A program made the position numbers and the translations under genes. The notes below the pieces were generated by a model. That model was given only the letters and a program-made list of their open reading frames with translations. It made no database searches and was not told where the DNA came from. A stretch of 64,000 nt of DNA from Macrostomum hystrix (lineage: Eukaryota; Animalia; Platyhelminthes). Below are positions 49,160-63,830 of the stretch, one piece after another. The stretch's first letter is position 1, and every line of letters starts with the position of its first letter. The stretch is from the NCBI GenBank assembly GCA_950097015.1, contig CATNEN010000034.1, forward strand, positions 7,378,001-7,442,000, written 5' to 3'.

Positions 49160-51600
49160 TATCATTACCCTTGTCTCCCATTTCTAACACTTAATCATTA
49201 CCCTTGTCTCCCATTTCTAACACTTACTCATTACCCTTGTCTCCCATTTCTAACACTTAATCATTACCCTTGTCTCCCATTTCTAGCACTTAATCATTAC
49301 CCTTGTCTCCCATTTCTAACACTTAATCATTACCCTTGTCTCCCATTTCTAACACTTAATCATTACCCTTGTCTCCCATTTCTAACACTTAATCATTACC
49401 CTTGTCTCCCATTTCTAACACTTAATCATTACCCTTGTCTCCCATTTCTAACACTTAATCATTACCCTTGTCTCCCATTTCTAACACTTACTCATTACCC
49501 TTGTCTCCCATTTCTAACACTTAATCATTACCCTTGTCTCCCATTTCTAGCACTTAATCATTACCCTTGTCTCCCATTTCTAACACTTAATCATTACCCT
49601 TGTCTCCCATTTCTAACACTTAATCATTACCCTTGTCTCCCATTTCTAACACATAATCATTACCCTTGTCTCCCATTTCTAACACTTAATCATTACCCTT
49701 GTCTCCCATTTCTAACACTTAATCATTACCCTTGTCTCCCATTTCTAACACTTAATCATTACCCTTGTCTCCCATTTCTAACACTTAATCATTACCCTTG
49801 TCTCCCATTTCCAACAGTATGTCATTACCCCCTGTCTACCATTTCCAACAGTATGTCATTACCCCTAGTCTCCCATTTCCAACAGTATGTCATTACCCCT
49901 TGTCTCCCATTTCCAACAGTATGTCATTACCCCTTGTCTCCCATTTCCAACAGTATGTCATTACCCCTTGTCTCCCATTTCCAACAGTATGTCATTACCC
50001 CTTGTCTCCCATTTCCAACAGTATGTCATTACCCCTTGTCTCCCATTTCCAACAGTATGTCATTACCCCTTGTCTCCCATTTCCAACAGTATGTCATTAC
50101 CCCTTGTCTACCATTTCCAACAGTATGTCATTACCCCTTGTCTCCCATTTCCAACAGTATGTCATTACCCCCTGTCTACCATTTCCAACAGTATGTCATT
50201 ACCCCTTGTCTCCCATTTCCAACAGTATGTCATTACCCCCTGTCTACCATTTCCAACAGTATGTCATTACCCCTAGTCTCCCATTTCCAACAGTATGTCA
50301 TTACCCCTTGTCTCCCATTTCCAACAGTATGTCATTACCCCTTGTCTCCCATTTCCAACAGTATGTCATTACCCCTTGTCTCCCATTTCCAACAGTATGT
50401 CATTACCCCTTGTCTCCCATTTCCAACAGTATGTCATTACCCCTAGTCTCCCATTTCCAACAGTATGTCATTACCCCTTGTCTCCCATTTCCAACAGTAT
50501 GTCATTACCCCTTGTCTCCCATTTCCAACAGTATGTCATTACCCCTTGTCTCCCATTTCCAACAGTATGTCATTACTCCTTGTCTCCCATTTCCAACAGT
50601 ATGTCATTACCCCTTGTCTCCCATTTCCAACAGTATGTCATTACTCCTTGTCTCCCATTTCCAACAGAATGTCATTACCCCTTGTCTCCCATTTCAGCAG
50701 TCGGTCATTACCCCTTGTCTCCCATTTCCAACAGTATGTCATTACCCCTTGTCTCCCATTTCCAACAGTATGTCATTACCCCTTGTCTACCATTTCCAAC
50801 AGTATGTCATTACCCCTTGTCTCCCATTTCCAACAGTATGTCATTACCCCTTGTCTCCCATTTCCAACAGTATGTCATTACCCCTTGTCTCCCATTTCCA
50901 ACAGTATCGTCATTACCCCTTGTCTACCATTTCCAACAGTATGTCATTACCCCTTGTCTACCATTTCCAACAGTATGTCATTACCCCTTGTCTCCCATTT
51001 CCAACAGTATTGTCATTACCCCTTGTCTACCATTTCCAACAGTATGTCATTACCCCTTGTCTACCATTTCCAACAGTATGTCATTACCCCTTGTCTCCCA
51101 TTTCCAACAGTATGTCATTACCCCTTGTCTCCCATTTCCAACAGTATGTCATTACCCCTTGTCTCCCATTTCCAACAGTATGTCATTACCCCTTGTCTCC
51201 CATTTCCAACAGTATGTCATTACCCATTGTCTCCCATTTCCAACAGTATTGTCATTACCCCTTGTCTACCATTTCCAACAGTATGTCATTACCCCTTGTC
51301 TCCCATTTCCAACAGTATTGTCATTACCCCTTGTCTACCATTTCCAACAGTATGTCATTACCCCTTGTCTACCATTTCCAACAGTATGTCATTACCCCTT
51401 GTCTCCCATTTCCAACAGTATGTCATTACCCCTTGTCTCCCATTTCCAACAGTATGTCATTACCCCTTGTCTCCCATTTCCAACAGTATTGTCATTACCC
51501 CTTGTCTCCCATTTCCAACAGTATGTCATTACCCCTTGTCTACCATTTCCAACAGTATGTCATTATCTCTTGTCTACCATTGCTAACAGTCAGTTAATAC
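49160..51600. repeat. Compound minisatellite: 33-bp unit (49160-49800) then a related 34-bp unit (49800-51600)
   Basis: ttaatcattacccttgtctcccatttctaacac, then cattaccccttgtctcccatttccaacagtatgt. Confidence 0.97.
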
Positions 51601-52479
51601 CCCTTGTCTAGCATTTCAACAGTCTGTATTAGCTTTCGAGACTACTTTTAGTAGGGGCTATTAGATTTTATGGAAAATTTTAGCGAAAATATGTATAATT
51701 TGAAAGAGATATAAAAATGCGTGCACGTGTGATTAACTTCAATTGTCTCCCACTTTTATATCATTAAATAGTAGAATATAATTTTTTTATATAATAATTA
51801 AAAATATAAGCAGAAATTAATATCTAAATCAGCATCATTACAGAAAAAATCATGCCGATCTGTTATCCAGGCACAAATATCCCATCCCCACCCCATTCAC
51901 AGCAGCTCGCAAATCTAGTGTGTAGCGTCCGAACGGCCCATAGCAGGAAATGCTTCTAGAATGCTGCAGAATGTGGAACCTGAGAGCAAGTCTTGAAAAT
52001 CCAAGCCGTCTGGCAAGCCGGAAGCTACCGTTGTTTCTTCTCTCTATAGTTGGGAATTCGCAATTATCGATGCAACCTCCGGGTAGGTGAGAATTGAAAA
52101 ACTCGCTGACCCGTGGCGTGGCTCGGACAATTCTTATTATTATTATCATTATTTATTATTCCGTTACGATAAAGTCGCGTGTTGCCCGCTTCGAATCTGA
52201 GGAAGAAAATGCGGGTTCTCATTAATTTTCCCAACTTTTTGCACCTTCCGTTCCGTCTGTCTGTGTGGTTGATTCTCCACTTTGCCGCCAAGAATTCTTT
52301 GGGTGCGGGTCCCGCATATTTGAAATGTGTTGAACAATTTCTATCTCATAGTTCGTCTGTGTGACTGTTTTAGCTAGTGACTCAATATATGGAATAGCGA
52401 TAGGAAGGTATAATAAAGTTTGGGTTGGAGAATTGTCTTGGAATACAAACAACTCAAGCTTGTTTTAGGGCAAAGATTT

Positions 52480-53040
52480 TTGCCAGCTTCCACACAGCTT
52501 CCACACAGCTTCCACACAGCTTCCACACAGCTTCCACACAGCTTCCACACCGCTTCCACACAGCTTCCACACCGCTTCCACACCGCTTCCACACAGCTTC
52601 CACACCGCTTCCACACCGCTTCCACACAGTTTCCACACAGTTTCCACACAGTTTCCACACAGTTTCCACACAGCTTCCACACCGCTTCCACACCGCTTCC
52701 ACACAGTTTCCACACAGTTTCCACACAGTTTCCACACAGCTTCCACACCGCTTCCACACAGTTTCCACACAGTTTCCACACAGTTTCCACACAGCTTCCA
52801 CACCGCTTCCACACCGCTTCCACACAGTTTCCACACAGTTTCCACACAGTTTCCACACCGCTTCCACACCGCTTCCACACCGCTTCCACACTGCTTCCAC
52901 ACAGCTTCCACACAGCTTCCACACCGCTTCCACACCGCTTCCACACAGCTTACACACAGCTTCCACACAGCTTTCACACCGCTTCCACACAGCTTCCACA
53001 TTGCTTTCACACAACTTCTATGTATCTTCCATATAGTTTC
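52480..53040. repeat. 11-bp minisatellite (ttccacacagc / ttccacaccgc / ttccacacagt)
   Basis: Tandem units visible. Confidence 0.95.
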
Positions 53041-53499
53041 CACATAGCTTCCATTTTGCTTATAAATCTATACAGTTTTCGTATCACTGGTAATTAACAG
53101 AATTATTAACAGAAGCACGTTGACAGCAGGGGATTACCATAAATCAGGTGTGTGGGATAATCAGTATATTCGCCCCTTCCAATAAACTCCGAACACGTTG
53201 TCATGTGCTCTCAAAGCTTCTAAACTTGCCAATAGAGTGCGCTAATGCCCTTTCCAAAAATGTACGAGCGTAGAAGACACGAGAAATCTTTGAGAATTAA
53301 GGAGACATTAGTTGCGTAATCAACCGTCACAGTCCTATCTATGCATGCATTATATGCAATGTTAAAGCGATCAAAATTTTCATCGTTTGTTCAGCTGCGT
53401 TCTATGTATAAGGCATTAAAGCGACTTACACACGAAAGCTTAAATTGTTTCACTTACTTGTCCATTTTTACTTACGGTTGGGTAGACTACATCCATGAT

Positions 53500-54270
53500 G
53501 TCTCATCTCTCCCTGTCTTATCTCTCCCTGTCACATCTCTCCCCTGTCTCAACTCTCCCCTGTCTTATCTCTCCCCTGTCTCATCTCTCCCCTGTCTCAT
53601 CTCTCCCCTGTCTCATCTCTCCCCTGTCTCATCTCTCCCCTGTCTTATCTCTCCCCTGTCTCATCTCTCCCCTGTCTCATCTCTCCCCTGTCTCATCTCT
53701 CCCCTGTCTCATCTTTCTCCCTGTCTCATCTCTCCCTGTCTCAACTCTCCCTTTTCGCATCTCTCTGTCTCATATTTCTCCCTGTCTCATCTCTCCCTGT
53801 CTCGTCTCTCCCTGTCTCGTCTCTCCCTGTCTCATCTCTCCCTGTCTCGTCTCTCCCTGTCTCGTCTCTCCCTGTCTCAACTCTCCCATTTCGCATCTCT
53901 CTGTCTCATCTGTCTCCCTGCCTCATCTCTCCCTGTCTCAACTCTCCGATTTCGCATCTCTCTGTCTCATCTTTCTCCCTGTCTCATCTCTCTCCCTGTC
54001 TCATCTCTCTCCCTGTCTCATCTCTCCCTGTCTCATCTCTCCCTGTCTCAACTCTCCCATTTCGCATCTCTCTGTCTCATCTTTCTCCCTGTCTCATCTC
54101 TCTCCCTGTCTCATCTCTCTCCCTGTCTCATCTCTCCCTGTCTCATCTCTCCCTGTCTCAACTCTCCCATTTCGCATCTCTCTGTCTCATCTCTCTCCGT
54201 CTTATCTCTTCCCTGTCTCATCTCTCCCCTGTCTCATCTCTCCCCTGTCTCATTTCTCCCGTGCCTCATC
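53500..54270. repeat. 16-17 bp minisatellite (ctcccctgtctcatct), reverse orientation of the hAT-internal repeat type
   Basis: Tandem, degenerate units. Confidence 0.9.
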
Positions 54271-55339
54271 TGCAGTGAATAATTCCAGTAAAATTTATAC
54301 ATTTCTTCGAGGTAGAAAAACTGAAATAATCGCAGAAGTCACGAACAGAGATCTCAATCACCCCAGGTCCTTGACAAGCTTGCTATGTTTTTAATAAACT
54401 ATTTACTTAGGCGGATTTGAGCTAGTCGCTAATAACAATGGTAGGCCATGATCCCGCAGATGCGCGAACTGAATTCTATTTTTATAAATAGAGGTTTTCG
54501 AGTCCACAATGTGTATAGAGAATTATTCGCTTGAATTGAAAACAACAATATACTCGTATACTGGAATTGAATGCCGAGCATTTCTAGGCTTATCTGTTCA
54601 GATAAGGAAACCTTTAAATATATGCCTACTCAGGAAAAATTCTATTAATTATAATTCAATATTGTCTATAAGGGCTCACAAAGCTCGCGTGTCTAAAAAT
54701 TCTTTTTAAAATCCGATTTTTTTAATTCATATTTCGAAGGCGTGAATAGAGTAAGGATTGGTGTTCAACTAGCTAGCTTTGAAGTGTCCACTGAAAAAAA
54801 TGTCAAAACCATCTGCCGCTACAGGACAGTTTAATTGATATTTTAATATCGAATTTTTCTAGACCGCTTCTCTAAGTCTATAGTTGTTGGACTGCAGCTG
54901 GATGCGAAGCATGCAATTATTATTAATGATTGTAATAACTTGACTTGGCCTCTATATAAAGAAAGTCTTCACTTGAAGAGGAAGACATTTTTGGAATAAT
55001 ATTTCAGACACTGAAGCGCTTACGAGTATGACGTATTGCGCAATGAGTGTCATTTTGAGCTGGCATGAGTGTGAGAAACATGACTCGGCCACACCAAGAT
55101 TTGAGTAGATATTATTGTTGGCATCGGCAGGTGATTTTCTTCTACTAGGTGAACGGTGAAGTAGGTTAGGCGAAAGGCTAAGTGGAGAGGTAGGGGAGTG
55201 GAAGGGTGAGAGGCTGCGGGAGACGGGAGAGGGTGGAGGGAAGAGGATGCAGATAGAAAAGAGGATAAACAGGATGAAGAAATGAAGAACGTCAGTAGGC
55301 AGGGGCTGACGATATGGTGGAGAGGATGAAGGGAGGAAG

Positions 55340-55645
55340 TTTCATAGAGGATAAAGAAAGAGGATGGAGGGGAGAGGATGGAGGATGGAGGGGAGAGGAT
55401 GGAAGATGGAGGGGAGAGGATGGAGTGGAGAGGATGGAAGATGGAGTGGAGAGGATGGAAGATGGAGTGGAGAGGATGGAAGATGGAGTGGAGAGGATGG
55501 AAGATGGAGTGGAGAGGATGGAAGATGGAGTGGAGAGGATGGAGGATAAAGAGGAGAGGATGGAGGATGAAGGGGAAAGGATGGATGATGGAGTGGAGAG
55601 GATGGAAGATGGAGCGGAGAGGATGGAAGATGGAAGGGATGGGAT
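55340..55645. repeat. 21-bp purine repeat (gatggagtggagaggatggaa)
   Basis: Tandem units visible. Confidence 0.9.
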
Positions 55646-56533
55646 GGTGGATACAGTAGTGGGGCCTGATAGCTGTGGTGATTTGGCACAGTCTATTACT
55701 TCTAGGGAAGTCTGTGAACCGTGTCAAATAATAAATTAAGGGCAGGTCTTTGACCAGGTCGCCTTACAACCCGTTTGAATAGCACAGCTTGAGCCACATG
55801 CACCTGAGCTGGTTCCCTAGATTCCCGGGATCAAGTATAGCCTGAGTAAAGTGGAGCTATAAAATGAGCAGGATGACAGTGATAAATAGATCTGAGAGTT
55901 TGAATCCCAAGTTGGGGATAAATTTCCGCGATAACTGGTTGCTATCCAGTTGCTATGACCGGAGGGCTGCAGGTATATAACGCTAAAATAAGCCAAGACA
56001 ATGCTTTCCACACCCTTGAATGCGTGAGCTGCGAAGTGTGAACACTCAGACTGCGCCTTGAAGATGCTTATTAACAGAACATGACTCGCCACTGCAGTCA
56101 AGAAGTCAAAGTCACACACTGGGAGACATCACGCATGACACTTATTCAAGCACCTCCAGTGCCATCTCCACCCATTCACTGAGGCAAACCTGCCATGGTT
56201 ACTAACTAAATGTGTGGGTGGGAAAATATGAGGATTTCTCTGCACACTGTAATATCGTATAGATTGTTAGTGCAGTGTTGCGTGGACGACTGCCTGAATA
56301 GGAAAAATCCCAGAAGCTACCGTTTTAAGAAATTCGATTAGCAACGGGAAATTAGTATAGATTAGCCGGCGATTATTTGACTATAAACAATGCTTTTGTT
56401 TATCCACATTGCTTTCAGAAGAAGAATTTTTATGGCTCATTCTTTGTGAAAGTCCATTGTTATGTTGATAGTTTTGGCGACACTTACACAACAGTATTTT
56501 TGGCCACTGACCCTTCATTGGGTGACACTAGAC

Positions 56534-57431
56534 CAGGGGTCGGCAAACTTATTAGCTGGCGGGCCAAAGAGAGAATCTAAAAGACGACAGCGGGCCGCTT
56601 TGACTGTAGAAATATTATATAAGGGCGAGATAAGACACGGGAAGATGAGACACGGGAGAGATGAGACACGGGAGAGATGAGACACGGGAGAGATGAGACA
56701 CGGGAGAGATGAGACACGGGAGAGATGAGACACGGGAGAGATGAGACACGGGAGAGATGAGACACGGGAGAGATGAGACACGGGAGAGATGAGACACGGG
56801 AGAGATGAGACACAGGAGAGATGAGACACGGGAGAGATAAGACACGGGAGAGATGAGACACGGGAGAGATGAGACACGGGAGAGATGAGACACGGGAGAG
56901 ATGAGACACGGGAGAGATGAGACACGGGAGAGATGAGACACGGGAGAGATGAGACACGGGAGAGATGAGACACGGGAGAGATGAGACACGGGAGAGATGA
57001 GACACGGGAGAGATGAGACACGGGAGAGATGAGACACGGGAGAGATGAGACACGGGAGAGATGAGACACGGGAGAGATGAGACACGGGAGAGATGAGACA
57101 CGGGAGAGATGAGACACGGGAGAGATGAGACACGGGAGAGATGAGACACGGGAGAGATGAGACACGGGAGAGATGAGACACGGGAGAGATGAGACACGGG
57201 AGAGATGAGACACGGGAGAGATGAGACACGGGAGAGATGAGACACGGGAGAGATGAGACACGGGAGAGATGAGACACGGGAGAGATGAGACACGGGAGAG
57301 ATGAGACACGGGAGAGATGAGACACGGGAGAGATGAGACAGGATACAATAGGTGTTGGAAGGGGCAACGGGCCGGATTAGGGAGCTTCGAGGGCCGCATC
57401 TGGCCCGCGGGCCGGTGTTTGCCGAGCCCTG
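56534..57431. mobile_element. hAT MITE, family 2, carrying about 43 copies of a 16-bp unit (atgagacacgggagag)
   Basis: TIRs CAGGGGTCGGCAAAC / GTTTGCCGAGCCCTG; perfect TSD cactagac; unique parts match 24662-24894. Confidence 0.95.
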
Positions 57432-57949
57432 CACTAGACCCGCAGCCAGCGAGGTGATTCTGCCCATTCCTCTTGGGCATCCTCACTGTGCCTTCATTGT
57501 GTTTTGACTATTCTGACAAGGACAGGAATCTATTATCGCAGAAATGTAATCAGCTCGAAAATAGTGACAGCCTTAGCAGGAATATTTAAAAAAATTAATT
57601 TTGATCATCATAACAAGATTAGACAGAAAATGCACGTCCAGGTGTTATTAGCACATTCTTGTCAGTGCGCTTTTAAATAGCAGATTCTGTGCAAATTTGT
57701 CAAAATGATTTTGGCATTAATAAATATCCCACTGAGAATTAGCCTTTCGTGTTAAGATTATTGGTGTTTGGCAGCATTTCGATACTATTGATTTCTCACC
57801 TTTAATTCCCTTCATTTCGCGTCCTCCAATGCAAGAAGTAATCCGAACTCAATTATACTTTTGGGTCTAATTAGCACATTGTGGTTTTAATGTTTTCCGC
57901 ATTATATACATGTACGAGTATTTACATGTTCCTAATCCAAAAGTATGTT

Positions 57950-58710
57950 CTGGAAACTGTTTATTGTGGAAACTGTTTATTGTGGAAACTGTTTCTTCTG
58001 GAAACTGTTTATTCTGGAAACTGTTTATTGTAAAAACTGTTTCTTCTGGAAACTGTTTATTGTGGAAACTGTTTATTCTGGAAACTGTTTCTTCTGGAAA
58101 CTGTTTCTTCTGGAAACTGTTTATTGTGGAAACTGTTTATTCTGGAAACTGTTTCTTCTGGAAACTGTTTCTTCTGGAAACTGTTTATTCTGGAAACTGT
58201 TTCTTCTGGAAACTGTTTCTTCTGGAAACTGTTTCTTCTGGAAACTGTTTATTCTGGAAACTGTTTCTTCTGGAAACTGTTTCTTCTGGAAACTGTTTAT
58301 TGTGAAAACTGTTTATTCTGGAAACTGTTTCTTCTGGAAACTGTTTATTGTGAAAACTGTTTCTTCTGGAAACTGTTTCTTCTGAAAACTGTTTCTTCTG
58401 GAAACTGTTTCTTCTGGAAACTGTTTATTCTGGAAACTGTTTATTCTGGAAACTGTTTATTCTGGAAACTGTTTCTTCTGGAAACTGTTTATTCTGGAAA
58501 CTGATTATTCTGGAAACTGTTTATTGTGGAAACTGTTTATTCTGGAAACTGTTTATTGTGGAAACTGTTTATTCTGGAAACTGTTTCTTCTGGAAACTGT
58601 TTCTTCTGGAAACTGTTTATTGTGGAAACTGTCTATTGTGGAAACTATTTATTCTAGAAACTTTTTATTCTGGAAACTGTTTATTGTGAAAACTGTTTAT
58701 TCTGGAAACA
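57950..58710. repeat. 16-bp minisatellite (ggaaactgtttcttct / ggaaactgtttattgt)
   Basis: Tandem units visible. Confidence 0.95.
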
Positions 58711-61379
58711 GTTTTGTGTGGAAAGTGCTTTCAAATAGATAAATCTGTGGTTGAAGTCAGTGAATCAAATTGACGTTGATAACAGGAAGCCCTTTGAGTA
58801 TCATTTTAGAGTTTTAGCGAACAGTTGGTCGGTAGACTTTTTATGAAATATCAAGCAGTTCGTCTCCTATACACTTTTATCGATAATGTTTCTGTACGCT
58901 TACTTATATGTGCTCTGTAGGATTGCTAGGAATTGTGCCTCAGGCATATTTTATATTTATTATATTATTATTCCTTAGAATTCCAGCGAAGCCCAGTTGA
59001 ACGGCCTATCCCACGTGCCCATTTTTTGAGATCCCCCTATTGCGGGAACGAGTTGGGAGGAAGGGAACAGATTGGGAGCCGAGATTTCAGTCCAGATTCG
59101 AACGGAACGGAAGGGCCAGCCAGGTGTGCAGTCTATTGAGGCCTGGCTTCAACTTCAAAAGATTTTTCGGGGGGGGGAGACTGTCGGAGCGTGCGAGGCA
59201 GTGAGGCAATTTTTTAGTCCAACCTGCCCCAAAGGCCTGCATGCCCACGTGCGGTTCCTGGTCAGACTTCCACCCCCAGCTCACTGGAGGATGCAATAAG
59301 AGGAGGGAGGAATTTCCCAATGAATCTCCCGCCGCGCATTGGGAGAATAGGGACATTTTTCCCCTCGTTCTCCAAATTCATCGCTGTCACAGACCTATAA
59401 CTGAGATGGCTCTCTGATAAGGACTGAGATATTCCACTCGAATTTCGGCCTCTCGAGATTGGCTCGCGAACCATTTTTTTGTTTAAATGAACGGCCATAC
59501 TTGAGCACACACTCAAGCTTGCCTGCGGGATTCAAACTGCGTGCCACCAATTGATCAAGCCATTTTATTCTACGAGTATATATAGCATTGCATGTGTCCT
59601 TGGGCTTTGAACCATTTTTGGGATATTGTTGGCAGGACCATGGTCAGCTCGACTACTTGTCGAGCTCGTTCATATGTGCTACCGCTTTTTTAACCTAGCT
59701 GCGGTTGCTATGGCCACGCGTCCCTGCAGCCTTTAGTTCTATTCTAGAGTTAAAGGCTTTTGCACTAAAATACTTTTGAAAAATTCGGAAATTATTTAGA
59801 GAGTGACTGCAGGGAGGGTTGAGGGAGTGACTGAGGTGTCTGAAAGAGTGACTGAGGGGCTAAGATAATTACTTTTGGGAGTGCTGAGGGAGTGACTGAC
59901 GTTGGAGCTGAATGGGAAAGGTTGATTAAGCTGAGCAATGTGTGGTATAACTGTACTCAACTATTTTTTCTATACTCTACGAGTGGCATTAACTCGGCGT
60001 GCATCTATATAGTGTAAATAATAGTTTAGGAAAAATTTTCAGAACTGAACTGACACAATAAACAGCAAAACGGGAGCTTAATGGACAATAAACAATTCAT
60101 TTAAATAGTAACTAAGCGCTCAGCAGCTTGCGCTGACAACAAAAATATTACAGTAGAGAAGAAGCGGTGGTCCATTATGGGGTAGAAGCTAAACACGCGA
60201 CATCAAGGGAGCTTTATTTCCCTTTAAATAATAGCATCCCATGCAGGGGCCAGGTATTGATACATTGTTGTTGATTATAGTGTGAGCAGTGCATGTGCCA
60301 CACTTCTGTTAATAATGAGTCGGATGTGAATATAAAATTTTATAGAAAACATATAAATTAGCTACAACAAATAGGCAGCTGAATGGTGATAGAAACTGTC
60401 GTTTTTCCCATTTGATATAAAAATCTGACATTTTAAAATTTGACATTTCATTTGGAGCACGCGACAAAATCAAAACATAACTAACTAACTGTTCTGTAAA
60501 CAGTTTAGCTTTAAGTAGGCCTCTGTAAAATACAACCCGAGGGCAAACGATATTCCGCTAATAACAGTCCAGTGCGATCAGTGTGCTCAAATGTGAGAAC
60601 AAAATTACGCGCGACCAATAGCTGCAGGGGCTGTTCAAATTTACATTAGTTTTATTCTAAAATGAGCATCTAACCATTTGAAATGACGACAAACCGTAAG
60701 TTTAGCAACACTGAGAGTCTACGTACACACATGAACCCTAACCAGATTGAAATTGATAATCCGAATTTCAAAAAGGTCAGGCATTTTGGGTAAAATTGCT
60801 AGATAGATCGAATAGAACTCATTATCAGTGCAATCTTGGGACAGTTAATTGTCAAGGTGACAATGCAGGAGCGTCACTCTAAATCTAAACCTGCATATGA
60901 TATAGTGTAAAACAGAGTCCGAGTAGGTTCATGTAAGTGTGATGCAACAGTCTTTGTATCCGGGACGTTTTCTATTCGTCACAAACGGACAACACATGCA
61001 GGATGTTATAAATAAGTAATGGTACATGATGTCACACCCGATGTGATGGTATATACTATTAGTTATTGCCTTGGAAATTGAGTTCACAGATTTGAGCATT
61101 TATTCAAACCAGACATATTTAGACCAGACATATGGCCAGCTAGCAAGAATTTATGGTTAATGTGCACAATTTGACTCTATACAATATTCAACTGCACTTG
61201 TGGGCTCAAATTTCATCTCGAAATTCGAGCTCGAAAATATCATTGTGACACAGAACAGCAGAACATATGCGCAGATGGGAATTCGCAATTTCGTTGGGAA
61301 GTTGAAAATGAGCATTTAGAATTGTTTGAATACGTTTTGTTGTCTACAGACTTCCTGGAATCACTGTAATCACGTGGAA

Positions 61380-63285
61380 TCTCTCTAACACATTCACAAA
61401 TCCTAATAACACATTCCTGAATCCCTGTAACACATTCACAAATCCTAAAAACACATTCCTGAATCCCTGTAACACATTCACAAATCCTAATAACACATTC
61501 CTGAATCCCTGTAACACATTCCTGAATCCCTGTAACACATTCCTGAATCCCTGTAACACATTCAAGAATCCCTGTAACACATTCAAGAATCCCTGTAACA
61601 CATTCAAGAATCCCTGTAACACATTCAAGAATCCCTGTAACACATTCCTGAATCCCTGTAACACATTTAAGAATCCCTGTAACACATTCAAGAATCCCTG
61701 TAACACATTCCTGAATCCCTGTAACACATTCAAGAATCCCTGCAACACATTCAAGAATCCCTGCAACACATTTAAGAATTCATGTAACACATTCAAGAAT
61801 TCATGTAACACATTCAAGAATCCATGTAACACATTCAAGAATCCATGTAACACATTCAAGAATCCCTGTAACACATTCAAGAATCCCTGCAACACATTTT
61901 AGAATCCCTGTAACACATTTAAGAATCCCTGTAACACATTTAAGAATCCCTGTAACACATTTAAGAATCCCTGTAACACATTTAAGAATCCCTGTAACAC
62001 ATTTTAGAATCCCTGTAACACATTTAAGAATCCGTGTAACACATTTAAGAATCCCTGTAACACATTTAAGAATCCCTGTAACACATTTAAGAATCCATGT
62101 AACACATTTAAGAATCCCTGCAACACATTTTAGAATCCCTGTAACACATTTAAGAATCCCTGTAACACATTTAAGAATCCGTGTAACACATTTAAGAATC
62201 CCTGTAACACATTTAAGAATCCCTGTAACACATTTAAGAATCCATGTAACACATTTAAGAATCCGTGTAACACATTTAAGAATCCCTGTAACACATTTAA
62301 GAATCCCTGTAACACATTTAAGAATCCATGTAACACATTTAAGAATCCCTGCAACACATTTAAGAATCCCTGTAACACATTTAAGAATCCGTATAACACA
62401 TTTTAGAATCCCTGTAACACATTTAAGAATCCCTGCAACACATTTAAGAATCCCTGTAACACATTCAAGAATCCATGTAACACATTCAAGAATCCCTGTA
62501 ACACATTTAAGAATCCCTGTAACACATTCAAGAATCCCTGCAACACATTCAAGAATCCCTGCAACACATTTAAGAATCCCTGTAACACATTTAAGAATCC
62601 CTGTAACACATTTAAGAATCCCTGTAACACATTTAAGAATCCCTGTAACACATTTAAGAATCCGTGTAACACATTTAAGAATCCCTGTAACACATTTAAG
62701 AATCCCTGCAACACATTTAAGAATCCCTGTAACACATTTAAGAATCCCTGTAACACATTTAAGAATCCATGTAACACATTTAAGAATCCCTGCAACACAT
62801 TTAAGAATCCGTGTAACACATTTAAGAATCCCTGTAACACATTTAAGAATCCCTGCAACACATTTAAGAATCCCTGTAACACATTTAAGAATCCCTGCAA
62901 CACATTTTAGAATCCCTGTAACACATTTAAGAATCCCTGCAACACATTTAAGAATCCCTGTAACACATTTAAGAATCCATGTAACACATTTAAGAATCCA
63001 TGTAACACATTTAAGAATCCCTGCAACACATTTAAGAATCCGTGTAACACATTTAAGAATCCCTGTAACACATTTAAGAATCCCTGCAACACATTTAAGA
63101 ATCCGTGTAACACATTTAAGAATCCCTGTAACACATTTAAGAATCCCTGCAACACATTTAAGAATCCCTGTAACACATTTAAGAATCCCTGCAACACATT
63201 TTAGAATCCCTGTAACACATTCAAGAATGCCTGTAACACATTCACGAATCCCTGTAACACATTCAGGAATCCCTGTAACACACCC
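61380..63285. repeat. 21-bp minisatellite (gtaacacatttaagaatccct), about 90 copies
   Basis: Tandem units; VLQGFLN periodic ORFs. Confidence 0.97.
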
Positions 63286-63719
63286 GCAGATCTAAAATAC
63301 CATTCGTTTAAGAAAGGGTTAATTTATTCAAATGAAACAGTATTCATTGAACTATGTAAACTAAAGCCCATTTTTTTCTACCCTACTTCAAAGTTTTAAT
63401 TCAGCCAAAGCAGGGAAGAGACAGAGATAACAGATAGAGCCATCGAGCCTTCTCACAGTACAAATAAAGCACCAACTGTCGGCAGTCATAAAATGCAAAT
63501 AAAATCTGAATTACTAATACTATGAAAAGGGCAAAAAATACAGACAGACAGAGCCGCGCAAACAAGCACCCGCAGGGCAAATTGGGCAAATCAAAACACC
63601 GGGAGGGATAAAGAAGCCTGGCTCCCATGTTTACGCAAAGACGAATAGTTGAGTTCTTCCCCCGAAGTAAGTGCGAAATCGAACGGTTTGGCCAGTCAAA
63701 AATGGGTTGAGTTTTGGAC

Positions 63720-63830
63720 ACGCGGGGGCCGGGTTTGACGTCAAGCCTTCTCTCCGAACCCCCTTCCATTCCTAACTATCTCTTCAGTCTGAAAAATCAA
63801 CGAAGCTCTCTGATTGGCTGGCTGGGCCAG
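63720..63830. promoter_or_regulatory. Possible promoter-like patch (CRE TGACGTCA and CCAAT box) in GC-richer sequence
   Basis: tttgacgtcaag near 63735 and tgattggc near 63811. No associated coding exon identified in the window. Confidence 0.25.

Noticed and set aside
1167-63197. Long periodic ORFs in the track (for example 38344-41149, 36772-38115, 49798-51611, 25751-26813, 56515-57486, 61344-63197)
   Set aside because: They arise because repeat units lack stops in some frames. They occur in several overlapping frames and mostly lie inside introns defined by flanking conserved exons.
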